Of a DNA stretch of 64,000 nucleotides, positions 11,401 to 23,756 are shown one piece after another. A program made the position numbers and the translations under genes. Within the stretch, counting starts at the first letter, position 1. Each line of letters starts with the position of its first letter. The stretch is taken from positions 40,610,001-40,674,000 of the forward strand of contig OZ024746.1 of NCBI GenBank assembly GCA_964016885.1. Reading direction: 5' to 3'. Source of the stretch: Eledone cirrhosa (lineage: Eukaryota). The notes under the pieces were generated by a model, which had not been told where the DNA came from, made no database searches, and saw only the letters and a program-made list of their open reading frames with translations.

Positions 11401-14400
11401 TAAAATGTTTGAAACTCACTAGACTTGCCAGTCCATAATGATAACATCCAACAGAGATCAATTGATGAAAAATGTAATGGTGTAATTTTAGCATGAAATT
11501 CTTTCTGGAACAGAGAATGGAAACATTTCATTAGAAACAAATTTACAGATTCAAGTCTTTTTTTACATAAATGTTTGCATGCATCACTACCCTGTCATGA
11601 TGATAATTATGACTCACAGACATATGCATGCAGATACATATATAGTTCGAGAAGAGAACCAAATCCTACAATTAAAATTCATCAAATGACTGTGTGTAAT
11701 GTAATCTTAGTGTGCACAGACAACATGGCACAGATAAGCCAAATGAAAAGCTAGGTATGAGGGGAATCGGATATAGTGTACTGGTATGGACACATACCGC
11801 ATATGGATGATGATGATTATTGGATGAATAAGTGACAGAAGATCCAAAACAAAGGAGGATGTAGACAAAGGAAACTTGGGCAAAAAATGGTCAAAGGAGA
11901 TCCTAAGATAAACCACACAAAGGTGATAGCCAAAGAACACAAGTGGAGATAACGCAGTACTGGAGAGGACTTGTCCAACTGATGCAAACATGAAAATGTA
12001 GATGTGAAAATACTGATATCTGAATATGCTTCAATAGTTTTAACATATTGCAGTAGTTAATAGTGTAGAATTAGAAAATGATGAGTTTAGGTTTCAACAG
12101 GAGAAATATCAACAAGTGAACAGCTATAATGAATAGGAAAGAGAATTAAAATATTAATTTTTAAACAAGCAACATATGTAACCAAGAGATCGAACTTTGA
12201 AGGACTGAGAGTATAGAATTAATGTAAAGGATGGTGTGCTCATGTGCAGAGATGCTATAATTTCTCATAGCGGCCGATGGCAACTTTTTTTTCTCTTTTT
12301 TAACCCTTTAGCATTTACATTATCCTATATTTACTATTGCATTTTCACAGAAAAGGCTTTATCTCACATAATTATTTCACATAATATCAAATCTATGAGA
12401 TTTTGATATCATTTATTTTTAGAACAATACTTTAACATCAGTATAAGCAGCAAGTTACAGCTGGTTTCAACAGAAAGAGGTGAAAGAATTCTGGCTGGAT
12501 ACGGAATGTTTAAATGCTAAAGTGTTAAAGGTCTTCACCCTATTTTATAAGCTATTTTATAGCATCTCTGTGAATGAGCACATCATTCTTTATATTAATT
12601 GATTTTTAACTTTGATATGAGGCCATAGTTAATTAAATCGAGCTTAGTGTAATACTGATTACGGTTGCTTCAATTAATCAGCAGATAATTGGTATAGGCC
12701 ATTTTACTGATTAAGTAGTTTTGGTAATTGGTCATTATTGTTTTGGAGCAAGAAAGCCATATATGATGGAGAAATTTGGAAAATACATCAGAGTCAAGAT
12801 GTAACGATACATAAGAAACATATTATTTCCTAGAGCATACAATTAAATCCAATCAGTGTGATATAACCCTGTTCCTAGTGCTCAAACGTGCGAGTCTACA
12901 TAACTAGAATTACTTGGAACTATCCAAGGGGCGTAACTCCTAGTAGATTAAAAGTGTCAAAGTAGAAAAGAAACCCTCCTACCCATTTAAAATCATCATC
13001 ATCATCATCAACGTTTAACGTCCGTGTTCCACGCTTGCATGGGTTTGGACGGGGGTAGTCCCACTTGAGGCAAGAGTGATTGTCTTGCTCGCATAGGACT
13101 GTCTGGCAGGTTTTCTACAGTTGGATGCCCTTCCTAACACCAACCACATTTACAGTGTGGGTCTGGGAGGTTTTTACCGTGTTGCCTACACGGCCACATT
13201 ACAGCGTGGACTGTGTGTTTTGTTAGAGATGCCTACTGGCTGTAGTAGGTTTTACTATGTATTTAGGTAAGGCGGGTCTTCTCTGTTACTGAGTACCGCC
13301 AAAGGTCTCGGTCCAGTGACATTGTCTTGGAGAGGTGTAAGTGTGTGAGGTCGGAGTTTATCAGCTCGTCCCAGGTTTTTCTAGGTCTGCCTATTCCAAT
13401 AATAATAATAATGAAAATTCTTGTATACAGTGCTCAGGTGAACTACAACTCATAAGAAGATATGTTTATAATCGATCTTTTATAAAATGTGTCCATATCT
13501 GCTCACGACTACATGGGCACCTAAAACCATTAGGGAACATGTTTAACACTGAGTCAGATAATCAACACATAATGTTTAGATGGTGCAATTTAGAAATTCT
13601 CATGAGTGGAGAATAAGTTTTGATATTTTGATATTTAAAATGTTTTACGTTTCATATAGAGTATAGCTTTTGTTTCACAAATCCATTACATAATGATTTT
13701 TTTACCAATTTCCAACTATTTTGAAGGCCATATTCATTCAAAACTCATCAAAAACAATTTTTTAAAATGTTCACCTTCAAAGGGAAACCATTGTAATATT
13801 TATCTCAAAAATGAAACTATTGTAATATTCACCTCCAAAGCAAAAATATTTCAGCATCTCCTTTATGAAGAATTTAACATTGTTGAAATTCGGCAAAATA
13901 TTGACCTCGAAGGGGAGGAGAAAGTCGATTAAATTGACTCCAATGCATTACAAGTACTTTATTTTATTAACCCCATAAGTTTGAAAGGCAGGATTTGAAT
14001 TCAGAATGTAAAGGATTGTAACTATATGCCACAGAGCATGTTGTCCGATACTCTACCAATACTGCCAATCCACCAGTATGTTTCTAATAAACAGGAAAAT
14101 TATGAAAAAAATTCTAAAATACCATTAGTTTTTCTTACACGCGTATAAACATTATAGTATGTATGGTTGATTACCTCAAACCACTGACATGTCCAAGATT
14201 TCAGCATTCTAGTTCCTCTGATGACCATAACGGGGAAATATGTGAATGATTTCTCATGTGCAGCAAAATTTAATGGTAAATCCACACAACACAAAATAGC
14301 CAGCAGTATCATTTTCTTTTTAGTTCCTACAGAAAGTAAATGACAGGCAAATAAATAACATAAATAAAAATACAGAATATTTCAGAAACGATTTCTTAAC

Positions 14401-17400
14401 AGGCTTGTCATTGTGGGTTTTGGGTCACTGGGTGGCACTCTCCATGCCACCCGACTCCATTTTTCAATGATACTCACTCAGATTCACAGTGATATGTTTA
14501 TTACGAAATTTCGCCTTCGAATTACTGTGAGTTAGAGTGTCCACTCAGAATGTTGTGAAGCCCACTACCATCACCACTGCCACCAAGCACCAGGACGTGC
14601 TTCTTACGTTGGTCCAAAAAAAAAAATTTGCTTTGTTGACCTTGGAAGAATGAACTCAGAATGTGAACTAATGAAACTAAATATTGCACGGTGTTTAACT
14701 TGGCAATCTATCATTCCCTACATTCTATCACCTATATTCTAGAAAAAAAAACCCATTAGGATTCTCTCTTGACTTTGAGCCTTGGCTTGCTCTTATCCAA
14801 TGGTTATCTTTGAAGAGGTTACATTATGAGCAATGTAACTCGACTTTTGAAATAGAAACAAAAACACATTATATACAGACATATACTATTAAGAATATTT
14901 CAGAAAGTAAACCATAGATTAAAGTTGAAATCTTGCAGTGTTTTATCTAGTCTTAAAAACATTAACTACTGTTTTAGTTTTGCATGCTAAAGAAAGACAA
15001 CTCTCAAAATAAAATTTACGAATTTGGATCAGTTTATCATGAAGTGAAATCTAATGCAGGCCCCTTTGTTGGAGAAGAGAAGTGTTATTATCATTTAATG
15101 TCCAGCTTCCTTGTCAGAAAGGGTTGGACAGTGTGTGGATAGCCAACCATTTATAGAGTTGACAGCTTTGTTTGGAGAGTAATTTTAACACTTATTATTC
15201 TCTATTTAAGGGTGGTGGATGAGCAGAATTGTTAGAGTGTTGGGTAAAATGCTTTGTAGCATTTGTTCCGACTTTTTACATTCTGAGTTCAAATCCTACC
15301 AAAGTCAACTTTGCCACAAATAGCAGGCCTTGTCCCTACAATAGAAATCCTTATTTATTTTTAAGGCTGGTGCATTGGCAGCATTGGTAGAGTGTCAGAC
15401 AACATGCTTTGCAGCATATAGTTATGGCCCTTTACTTTCTAAGTTCAAATCCTACCGAGGTTATCTTTGCCTTTCATCCTTATGGAGTCGATAAAATAAA
15501 GTACCAGTAATGCACTGGGGTAATTGCTGGCCTTGTACCAAAAGTAGAAACAATTATTATAGAAATATAACCAATTTTGAAGTTAAAAGTGTGTTTGTAT
15601 GTGTGTGTGTGTATGTCCCTTCCCTATTCTTCTGTAACACTAAAGCCCTTGCCTTTCCCTTCCTTTTCCATTTTTTTAAAATATTTTCTTATTCTACATT
15701 CCATTCTTTCTTCTCAATCTAAATCTTTTCTTTCTTTTTCTACTAAATTGTATTTACATGATATATTTTTACATAGAATAAAACACACTGCACTGAGACA
15801 GTAATGTGTACACAAATGCAATTAAATACATATCTACAAATATATGAATATATACATCGAAACATGCATATATATATATATATACTTAAACACAACTGCC
15901 TGATGATGATGATGATGACAACTGCCTATTATATACACATCATTTCTATATAGTATGAATTGTTTAAATATTAAAAAGATAGTTACCAATTTTAGTATAT
16001 ATTGTTAACTGGATAGCATCTGTGTCAGCTGAAATTAAATACATAAGGATAATGAGGAATATTAAAATAAACAGGCTTTTATGTCATTATAAAACACAAA
16101 ATTTTTAAGGAAGGCTAAATAATGATACAATGTTTTATGGCCAGATGCTTTTCATAGTGCCAACTCTTTTAGTTGCCTATTACAACATGTAAAAATACAG
16201 TGTCATAAGAGAAGACTAAAAGAGTTTCTGTCAGGAAGGGCATCCAAACATAAAACACTGCCTCAAAAAGGACTATTGTTTGTAAGTGTTGGTGATCTAC
16301 ATGATAAATACACCCAATACACTCTGTAAAGTGGTTAGTGATAAGAAGAGCACCCAGATGTAGAAAACCTGCCAAAGCATTGGGAGGATTCTTCATCTGT
16401 ACCAAAGACATGACAACTTCTATAGTGCTGGTGCCACTATAAAATGCACTCAGTAGAGTGCCAGAATGCGTGTAAACAAAATGCACCCAGTCCACTGTTA
16501 GGTGGTAGTGGCAGTCATCTTCATCATTACCACTGTTTTACATCCATTCTTCCACGGTGGCCTGGGTTATACAAGTTGTCCTGTTGTGGGCAATGCCAGG
16601 TAAGATGACTATGTCTTGCTCATACAGAACTGATTTTGGTTTGCTTTCTACAGCCCTTCCTAACACCAACCTCATTAAGTGTGGACTGGGTGCTGGGTGT
16701 CAAGACACATATTTGACCACTTTACAGTGTGGATTGGGTGCTTTTTGTTGTGACACCTACACGACCACAGTACCACAATAAAATGCACCTAGTATGTGCT
16801 GTGAAATGGTTGACACTAAGAAGGCATCAAGTCACAGAAACCATGATAGAATCTAACATATAAGCACGATGCAGTCATCTAACATGTCAAGCTTGTAATA
16901 AACGTTGATCCTATAAATAATAGTTGAGAAAATTGGGTAAATTACTCTTAGAGATGGAAAAATGTGGTCAGAGTATGTACCTCTGTCTGCTTTTTTTCCA
17001 TCTCTAAATGTAATTTACCCAAATTTTTCAACTATTATTTATAGTGATCAATTATTATTACAGTTCTTTTCTGCATCTGGGATTTGCACATTTTCAAATG
17101 AAAACAGTAAAAAAAAAAAAAAAGCACAGAAAATACCTTCAGAAACTTTAAATCCTTCAAGAATTGTAAATTCACAGAAAGAAACAAACACTGTATGAGT
17201 ATCCTTTTTTTGCTGCAAGAACAAAAAAAAAAATAGTTGAGATTTTTGTAAGAAATTGTAGAAAGAGAATACTAGAGTATTTGTAATTCTAAGTGAGAAT
17301 AATGATTTCAAAGTTTTCACATATCAGATCAAAGTGAGAATAGCAATTTCACAGTGAGTTCATGGCACATAAATAAAACAAACTTCATCATCATCATTTT

Positions 17401-20400
17401 ATGTCCATTGTTTCATGCTTGCATGGGTTAGATGGGTCCTTCTCAGCACAGCATCTTTCATTTGTTAATTCCATGAGCTTCAGCTCTCACTACTTTCACC
17501 CAGGTCTTCCTCTACAATTAGCTAAGAACACATAATCTATCTTCTCAGAGAGAAAATGTAGCAGTAAAGACTTTATCAATTGGAGGATAAAAAACTATGA
17601 TTACGACAACGAGCATTCCAGTTGATGAAATCCTTAATCTCACTTTTAATTGGCATTTTCACAACAATCTCTTTATTGGTAAAAATACTATGGTATATTT
17701 GAATTAACAAACCCATTTAAAAATATTTTCAGTAAATTAGTTAGTGATAGGAAGGACATCCAGTCATAGAAAACCTGCCAAACAAAGGGTTGAAAAAATT
17801 CTTCATTTATGCAATAGACATAACCTTCCAAGTGTTGGTGATCTACACAATGAACACACCCAGCACATTCTGTTAAGTGGTTGGTTTTAGGAAGGACATC
17901 CAACTGTAGAAAATCTGGCAAACAAAGGAGCACTCTCCAATTATACCAAAGACATGACATAACTTCCCAAGTGTTAGTTCTACAATAAAATGCACTCAGG
18001 CAAGCGCAGGATTGTCTGTCAGGTCCCCAACCCACCTAGTGGTCCAAGGCTCCACTTGAGTACTGACCAGTCTGTGATGACAGGGAAAACAGACCTTAAG
18101 CAATGACAATGATGATCATAGATCATTACAGGTATATTTTTTTTTACTCCCAAAATGCATGGTGGTACACTAGCTTGAGTTGCCAGTCTGTGATCCATTG
18201 TTGCATTGTGTCCAGGTCAGATTGCAGGCAAGATCTAGTGTTCAGGATCTGTCCTTTTTATCTCAAGGTACAGCTTGATATCATCTGCATATTTCAGTAC
18301 TGTGGCATTCTCTAAGTTGGCATCTATGTCATTAATATATGCCACAAACAAAAGGGGGCCAAGAACAGATCCCTGTGGTACACCAGATGACATCTCATGC
18401 TGTCCTAGAACCATGACTACCTCTCTTCGACTGAGAATGAAGGACTTCAACCAGTTAAAAAGATTATCCTTCACACCCATTGCAGAGAGATTTGCCATAA
18501 GTCTTTTGTGTAGCACAGAATTGAAAGCTTTAGCAAAGTCAAGGTAAACAACATCCACCCATGAGCCACCATCAGTGATCCAGGTGATGTCTTCGAGAAA
18601 CTCGAAAAGTTGATCACAGCAGCTGGAGTTAGGGATAAATCCAAATTGCGAGGGGCGGATAAGACTGTGAGAGTTCCAGAAGTTCGAAAGTGTTTCTCTG
18701 ACACAGGATTCCATCATTTTGGCAATACAGCTAGTGAGACTGACTGGACGATAGTTCACAGGTGATGTGCAGTCACCCTTTTTGAACAGAGGAATGACAC
18801 TGGCAGTTTTCCACTGTTCTGGAGTAGCACTGTTGTTCAGACAGAATTGGTAGAAGCGTGATAGCTGGTGCAGAAGGAAGTACCCACCACGTTTGAGAAG
18901 CAGGTACGTAATACCATCAAGACCAGGAGAAGCATGGTTGCGTTTATTTTTAAGGTGACGTCGCAGCATTGCAGGTATAAATTCCATAGTTGTAATGGTA
19001 GTAGCATTGTGGATGAAACATTAAAAGTATAGAAAATATGCTTTTGTTAAATAAAAAAAAATTGTTTATACAGGGGGAATTTAATTTGTAAATGTGAAAG
19101 TTGCTAGAACTACTTTAAGATGTTAGATTGAATCCTACTAAAAGTTCTGTATCATCATCATCACTGTTTTACGTCTGCTTTTCCATGCTCATATTGGTTA
19201 GACGGGTTTTTTCCAGCACAGTATCTCTCCAATCATCTCGACCCTTCATCATTTCCTCCATGAAATTCAGTGATTTGAGATCAGCTCTGACAACCTCTGC
19301 CCAGGTAGTAAATCAGTAAATAGAAAATATCTGGTTTACTATATTTCTGTTGGAAATATCAAGGAATCCAAACACAAAAATGGAGAAGTTAAAATAATAA
19401 AGAAAGATACTCACTGCTTGACAATAGGATGTAAGGGATAAGGCATAGGTCTTGAATTTAGCAGGGGTAGTTTCAAAGTTCAAAATTGGACATAATTTAT
19501 ATAATTGACATATATTCTTCAAAGCTAGAAAACACATTAAATGAAAAGGAAAAGTAATATTTTAGATGACTCCAAATTATTTAATATTTATATTTGAAAT
19601 GTTTGAGCAAAACTGAATATCAGCGGAATCAGATGTAGAGTGCAGGAAAGAAGACTGCACTGGTATGGTCATGTGATGTGTATGGATGAAGACTGTACCA
19701 TTCTCTTGAGATTTATATCATTATAGTCAATATATCATTTTGTATAACATGGCCACAGAAAGTATCTCTAAATGGGATAGATGAAAATAATTAATGTTGG
19801 AGATAGTAATTATACAGATACACTTTGCTGCACATACTATTCCTGTCCACCCTAAAACAATGGCCTGTGAACTGGAGTATTTTCTGTTTAAGTCTGAATG
19901 ATATTGTTTATCAGGTTGAATGCAGCCACCAGCTCAGATTCTTCACTCTTCTAAGTAATTTGGTGTATGTGTCATCTAAACAAGTGATGAGTGTCCAGGT
20001 TTCTGAACCATATAAGAGAAATGGTTCAATTAATGTCTGAAAGCTTTTAATTTTTAAAGAAGATGGGAGATTTGATTTCCAGATTTTATCAAGTTGATTA
20101 CATGCTTCCCATGCCAAAGCTTTCTGGATGCGAGAACCAAGATATTTAAAGTCATTGATTTGTTTGATTAAAGAACCGTTGAGATATTTCAGTTCAGTTG
20201 GTTGGGGTGATGTACGTACTTAGAAATTCTGTTTTGCTATCATGAGAGAAGTCTGATTAAATTTGCTTGAATGATTAAAGAACTTCAGCGTCTTAGATGG
20301 TTTAAGAAATAAGTGCAAGGTCGTTTGCAAAATCCAAGTCAGTAAGGTCTTGAACTGGATATTGGCTGCTCTGTTGGGCTTCAATGATTAATCCTTTCTC

Positions 20401-22183
20401 TTGCATGTTATCAAGAGAAAGACACAGCGCGTAATTTAAGATAATTATGTCTACTTTTGGCACAAGGCCAGCAATTACCCCAGTGCATTACTGGTACTTT
20501 ATTTTATCGACCCCGTAAGGATGAAAGGCAAAGTTAACCTTTATGTACGTAATTTAAGATAATTGTTTCTACTTTTGGCACAAGGCCAGCAATTACCCAG
20601 TACATTACTGGTACTTTATTTTATCGACCCCGTAAGGATGAAAGGCAAAGTTAACCTCGGCGGGATTTGAACTCAGACTGGCAAGGGCCGTAACTCTTTG
20701 CGTCAAGGCATGGCGTCCGACCCTCTACCGATACTGCCAATAATGACTAGAAAGGGGACTTGCATGTTACCTTGTAGAACACTTGCCTTTAAGTTGAATG
20801 CTTCAGTTTCACCATCAATACATCTTACATGAACATAGTAGCAACAATATGCTGCAATGGGAATATCTTAATCTTATCTCATTCAACTGCCTCTACACAT
20901 ATGAAGAAAAAATAACCACAACACTACATCCACACCGTTCATGAAGAACAAAGAGCTAAAGACCATAAAACTCTAAGCCATATTTTCTTTGCTAATCCCA
21001 TCAAATCTGATCGTGCACATACTATATAGTATGAATTGTATCATTGCATACTTTTTTTTCAAAGCCAGAAAATACCTGTCTTGAACACCTGTTGACACTC
21101 TAGATGCCAGATCTAGGAAAATACAATTAACAAATTAGCAGGCACAGTCTATTACATCTCTCTATATCTCTTCCAACTTTACAACAGGAGTCTGCTCTTC
21201 AGAACTTCACAGTAGGCCATCTTTGCCAAATACACTCAATTTTCTTTTTCCTGTAACAGCACTCTTTGTCATTAAACACTTCACATAATCTTTCCTCTCT
21301 GTATTTGCATTTTGGAAAACTCTCTGGCTGTTTTTCTCCTTAACTTTCTAGAGGCTCAGGTGTATTAAGTCGCAGATAAAGTAATCTCCCCTTAATACAT
21401 AATTAAGTGTCGAGGAGAGCAATTCTTTAAAATTTCTAGCATACTGAAGGTTAACCAACTGAATATTAATTATATTAAATGATCACCCAGTACACACTGT
21501 AAAGTGGTTGGTGATAGGAAGGGCATCCAGCTGTAGAAAACTGCCAAAAAAAAAAGGTTCAAGAGGACTCTTCAGCTATGCTAAGGATATGAGAACTTCC
21601 CTAGTGTTGATGCTGCAATAAAATGCACACAGTAGAGTGTGGGATTGTATTCTGAGGCCTAGCTCACCTGGAGATTAGAGACTCTGAGTATGGTCTAGCA
21701 GGAAAAACGGAAATGATTAACTTCATTCAGTTATTCCATCACTACAAATTAGATGGTCTTGTAAAGGAAATTTTCAGAAACTTAGCATTGGATAAAATTA
21801 TTAATGTTAAAGCTGGTGTATAAAAACAGAGTTGTTTTTTTTTAAATATGTGCTTGACTTTACAGTAAAATAAATCTGGTTAATACCTGGTATCGGTAGT
21901 GGGACAACTCCTGTGGTTATTACATCTGCAAATAGAGAAATGAAGTTAAAGAAATTGCTTACATAAACAACTTTTCTTCCAAGTTTATTTAATATATTTT
22001 TACAAATGCAGTTTCAATAATAAATACAAAAAAAAATTTTTCTTTAAAATGGTTTCAGTTTTTGTGAATTTCAAAATTTCGTTATTAATAGATGAATAAA
22101 CTTCTTTAAAAAGTATTTAAAATATATAAATATATACTTTGGATTTTTCGCCTGCTTGGTGTTTTTGTACGAAATATCGACAT
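8448..22183 (-). CDS. CENPL: Centromere protein L (CENP-L)-like gene, 11 coding exons, 311 aa
   Basis: Exons in transcript order: 22183-22138, 21925-21887, 19524-19415, 17212-17137, 16028-15987, 14326-14175, 11504-11420, 10260-10152, 9656-9551, 9086-9024, 8555-8448. All have GT-AG ends with matching phases and total 936 nt. Peptides LKNICQLYKLCPILNF, ILCCVD..FTYFPVMVIRG..WFEKEFHAKITPL..LCWMLSLWT and ISIDTKDLKIIWDKIH..QVNEFISQIEIFYYEVLKIKLTSLKLTKIRNALASVSVNGVLKLC follow, in order, remembered vertebrate CENP-L blocks (WTLYSLTPLYKF, FCCV..FTCLPLFL..WFQKTFDC..LSWMAAMWT, EDAKALWDSVH..EVDLFM..HFKIHLSATRLVRVSTSVASAHTDGKIK). Confidence 0.85.
9217..9427 (+). mobile_element. TTAA piggyBac-type MITE copy
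   Basis: TTAA|CCCTTTAG...TAAATGCTAAAGGG|TTAT; same body as 10380-10581. Confidence 0.8.
10380..10581 (+). mobile_element. TTAA piggyBac-type MITE, reference copy, 202 bp
   Basis: Flanked by TTAA at 10376-10379 and 10582-10585, with TIR CCCTTTAGCATTTA. The empty site with a single TTAA is seen in the paralogous segment near 5878-5881. Confidence 0.88.
11013..11233 (+). mobile_element. TTAA piggyBac-type MITE copy
   Basis: TTAA|CCCTTTAG...GCTAAAGGG|TTAA. Confidence 0.85.
11740..12020 (+). mobile_element. Old RTE LINE 3' remnant with short tail
   Basis: Decayed RLxWYGH..RM / GRxxKxW coding trace ending gaggacttgtccaactgatgcaaacatgaaaatg. Confidence 0.55.
12304..12524 (+). mobile_element. TTAA piggyBac-type MITE copy
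   Basis: TTAA|CCCTTTAGCATTTA...TAAATGCTAAAGTG|TTAA. Confidence 0.82.
12993..13396 (-). mobile_element. Young RTE LINE 3' fragment with an internal UTR deletion
   Basis: Reverse-complement match to 1849-2370, lacking about 110 bp of the 3' UTR near 13220. Confidence 0.88.
13398..13460 (-). mobile_element. CR1-type LINE extreme 3' end
   Basis: Reverse complement of the terminal gagttgtag..cacctgagcactgta..(ATT)n motif seen at 63568-63620. Confidence 0.6.
15365..15560 (+). mobile_element. tRNA-derived SINE with a Deu/Nin-like core
   Basis: A-box TGGCAGCATTGG, B-box GTTCAAATCC, core GCCTTTCATCCT..GTCGATAAAATAAAGTACCAG. An older adjacent copy lies at about 15210-15355. Confidence 0.75.
16905..17051. 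repeat. Palindromic element of about 147 bp (long hairpin)
   Basis: ttgatc.ctataaataatagttgagaaaattgggtaaattac..tagagatggaaaaa pairs with tttttccatctcta..gtaatttacccaaatttttcaactattatttatag.gatcaa. Confidence 0.85.
18160..18990 (-). mobile_element. CR1-clade LINE RT fragment
   Basis: ORF 18235-18987 has SPGLDGI, WKTASVIPLFKKG, NYRPVSLTS, QFGF, VDVVYLDFAKAF, SGVPQGSVLGPLLF and YADDIK. Confidence 0.9.
19825..20830 (-). mobile_element. Decayed RTE-like LINE of a second family, interrupted by SINEs
   Basis: DLDFANDLA, DFKYLGS and AWEACNQLDKIWKS..LLYGSETWTL are readable on the minus strand. Confidence 0.75.
20445..20722 (-). mobile_element. Deu/Nin-like tRNA SINE plus a partial tandem duplicate
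   Basis: Two consecutive ctacttttggcacaaggccagc...gaccccgtaaggatgaaaggcaaagttaacc units. Only the second has the tRNA-like head. Confidence 0.8.
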
Positions 22184-22259
22184 TTTGATAGAATTCCTGA
22201 AAAAGATAAAAACAACTTTTACTCTAGCTGCCATATACAATCATACTCTTACTTAACTA

Positions 22260-23215
22260 GAGGAAAAAAGGCGATTGCGAGCATCTAGAAGGTCAGGTTA
22301 GTTGATAACACACGGGGGAAAAAAACGAGGAAAAATAATTATTTCCCAGCAAACGCGAGAGCTACGTAGATTCTGCGAAACTCCTATGGTCTTTTCGTCC
22401 CCTGTCATCCTTTTTCTACAAAGCTAGTCGTTTCCGACTGGTTTGGAAGTCGTATTCTTGATAACACGCGAAAACAAAATCATAAAGAAAACTCCTAGCA
22501 CAGGGCACTGCCCCACCCTCCGTTTTACTGAGAGGGGGTGGGGGTGTCGATTGCGAACATCTTGAAGATTACGTTAGTTGATAGCACACGAAAAATAGAA
22601 ATAGGAAAAAAATGTTCCCACTGAAATTGAGGAGGGTGTTCAATAAATTTACCTAAAATATTGATGTAATTACGTACTCTCGGACCTTTAATGGGGGTGG
22701 GGTAATTTTTCTAGGTTGTCTCCGTTGATTTTTTAAAAAACCAGAACTAGTCGTTTAGTTTTTATATTGAGACCTCAACCCATCCTGTTTATTTAGTAAC
22801 GTATGGGATTTCTAGTAATGTTTTTTTTTTTTTTGGCATGTACAATGTATTTTAATGTCTAAAGAAAATTAATTGTCGCGGGAATGCTACCACTTAAAAT
22901 AAAATTTCGCCAGAGATAGATTAGCAAAATATGAGGGGGGGGGGGGGGGGGGCATTATTCGAGACCAGAGATATATCTGTGTTGGATTTTGACAACAATG
23001 CCATTTGTGTTTGTAATTTCAAGCTATCTATATTGACAGCATATTTGTTTGAGAAAAAATATGTAATTTCATGTACATCGTTTATTTCGATATAATATTC
23101 GTTGATAACACGCGAAAAAAATCGTAGAGAAAACTTCTAGGAAGGGGGCAGCCACCCTCCGTTTTCCCGGGGAAAAAAGTCGATTGCTAATATCTTGGAG
23201 ATTAGGTTCATTTTG
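22260..23215. repeat. Diverged subrepeat cluster in CENPL intron 1, probably a DNA-transposon relic
   Basis: ttgataacacacg/cgcgaaaa recurs 4 times; cgattgc.a.catcttg.ag.tta.gtt recurs 3 times; ccaccctccgtttt recurs twice. Confidence 0.55.
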
Positions 23216-23756
23216 GGAACATTCTTACCGACAACGTCGAAATTAATTGATTCTCATTTTAAAGTCCCAAAGTTACACATTCTAAACTCATAGAAGTTCA
23301 GATAAACGGTTATTTTGTAATTTAAACAAGGGACCGATTATACAAACTTTGATTAAAAAGATTATATATATATATATTCTCCCGTCAGTATAATTTTCAC
23401 TTTTCGTAGTTAAAATGTAACATTACTAAATAACCTATAATTTAAACAGAAACTGATGTGAAAAAATGTAAACACAAAATTATTTTGGTTTGATATTTTA
23501 GAATTTTGACAGAATAAAAATCGTATATTCCCCCTTTTTCATCTTCTTTTCTTTAATACTGTATATATCTGCATAATCTTATTCATTCTGATTTGTGCCT
23601 ATAAATATTTTCATGTATTTTTTAAAAATAATTTATACATATTCCTACGATGTGATTTTTTTTTGTTATAAAAGTTCAGAATTTTAAAATTGAACGGGTT
23701 AACGCAAAGTGAAGTAAAAAATATCCAGTTTTAAAATATTAGTTAAAGTAATTTAC

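Noticed and set aside
14401-14600. Telomerase RNA, C/D snoRNA, SECIS or HDV-ribozyme identity for the structured island
   Set aside because: There is no CUAACCCU template. The C-like box is imperfect and the possible 28S complement is not adjacent to the D-like box. No SECIS apical AA or HDV P3/L3 pattern is present.
14752-14810. Possible extra CENP-L exon (IRASQGSKSRENPNG)
   Set aside because: Its splice phases do not fit, and the exon at 15987-16028 fills this position in phase with better similarity.
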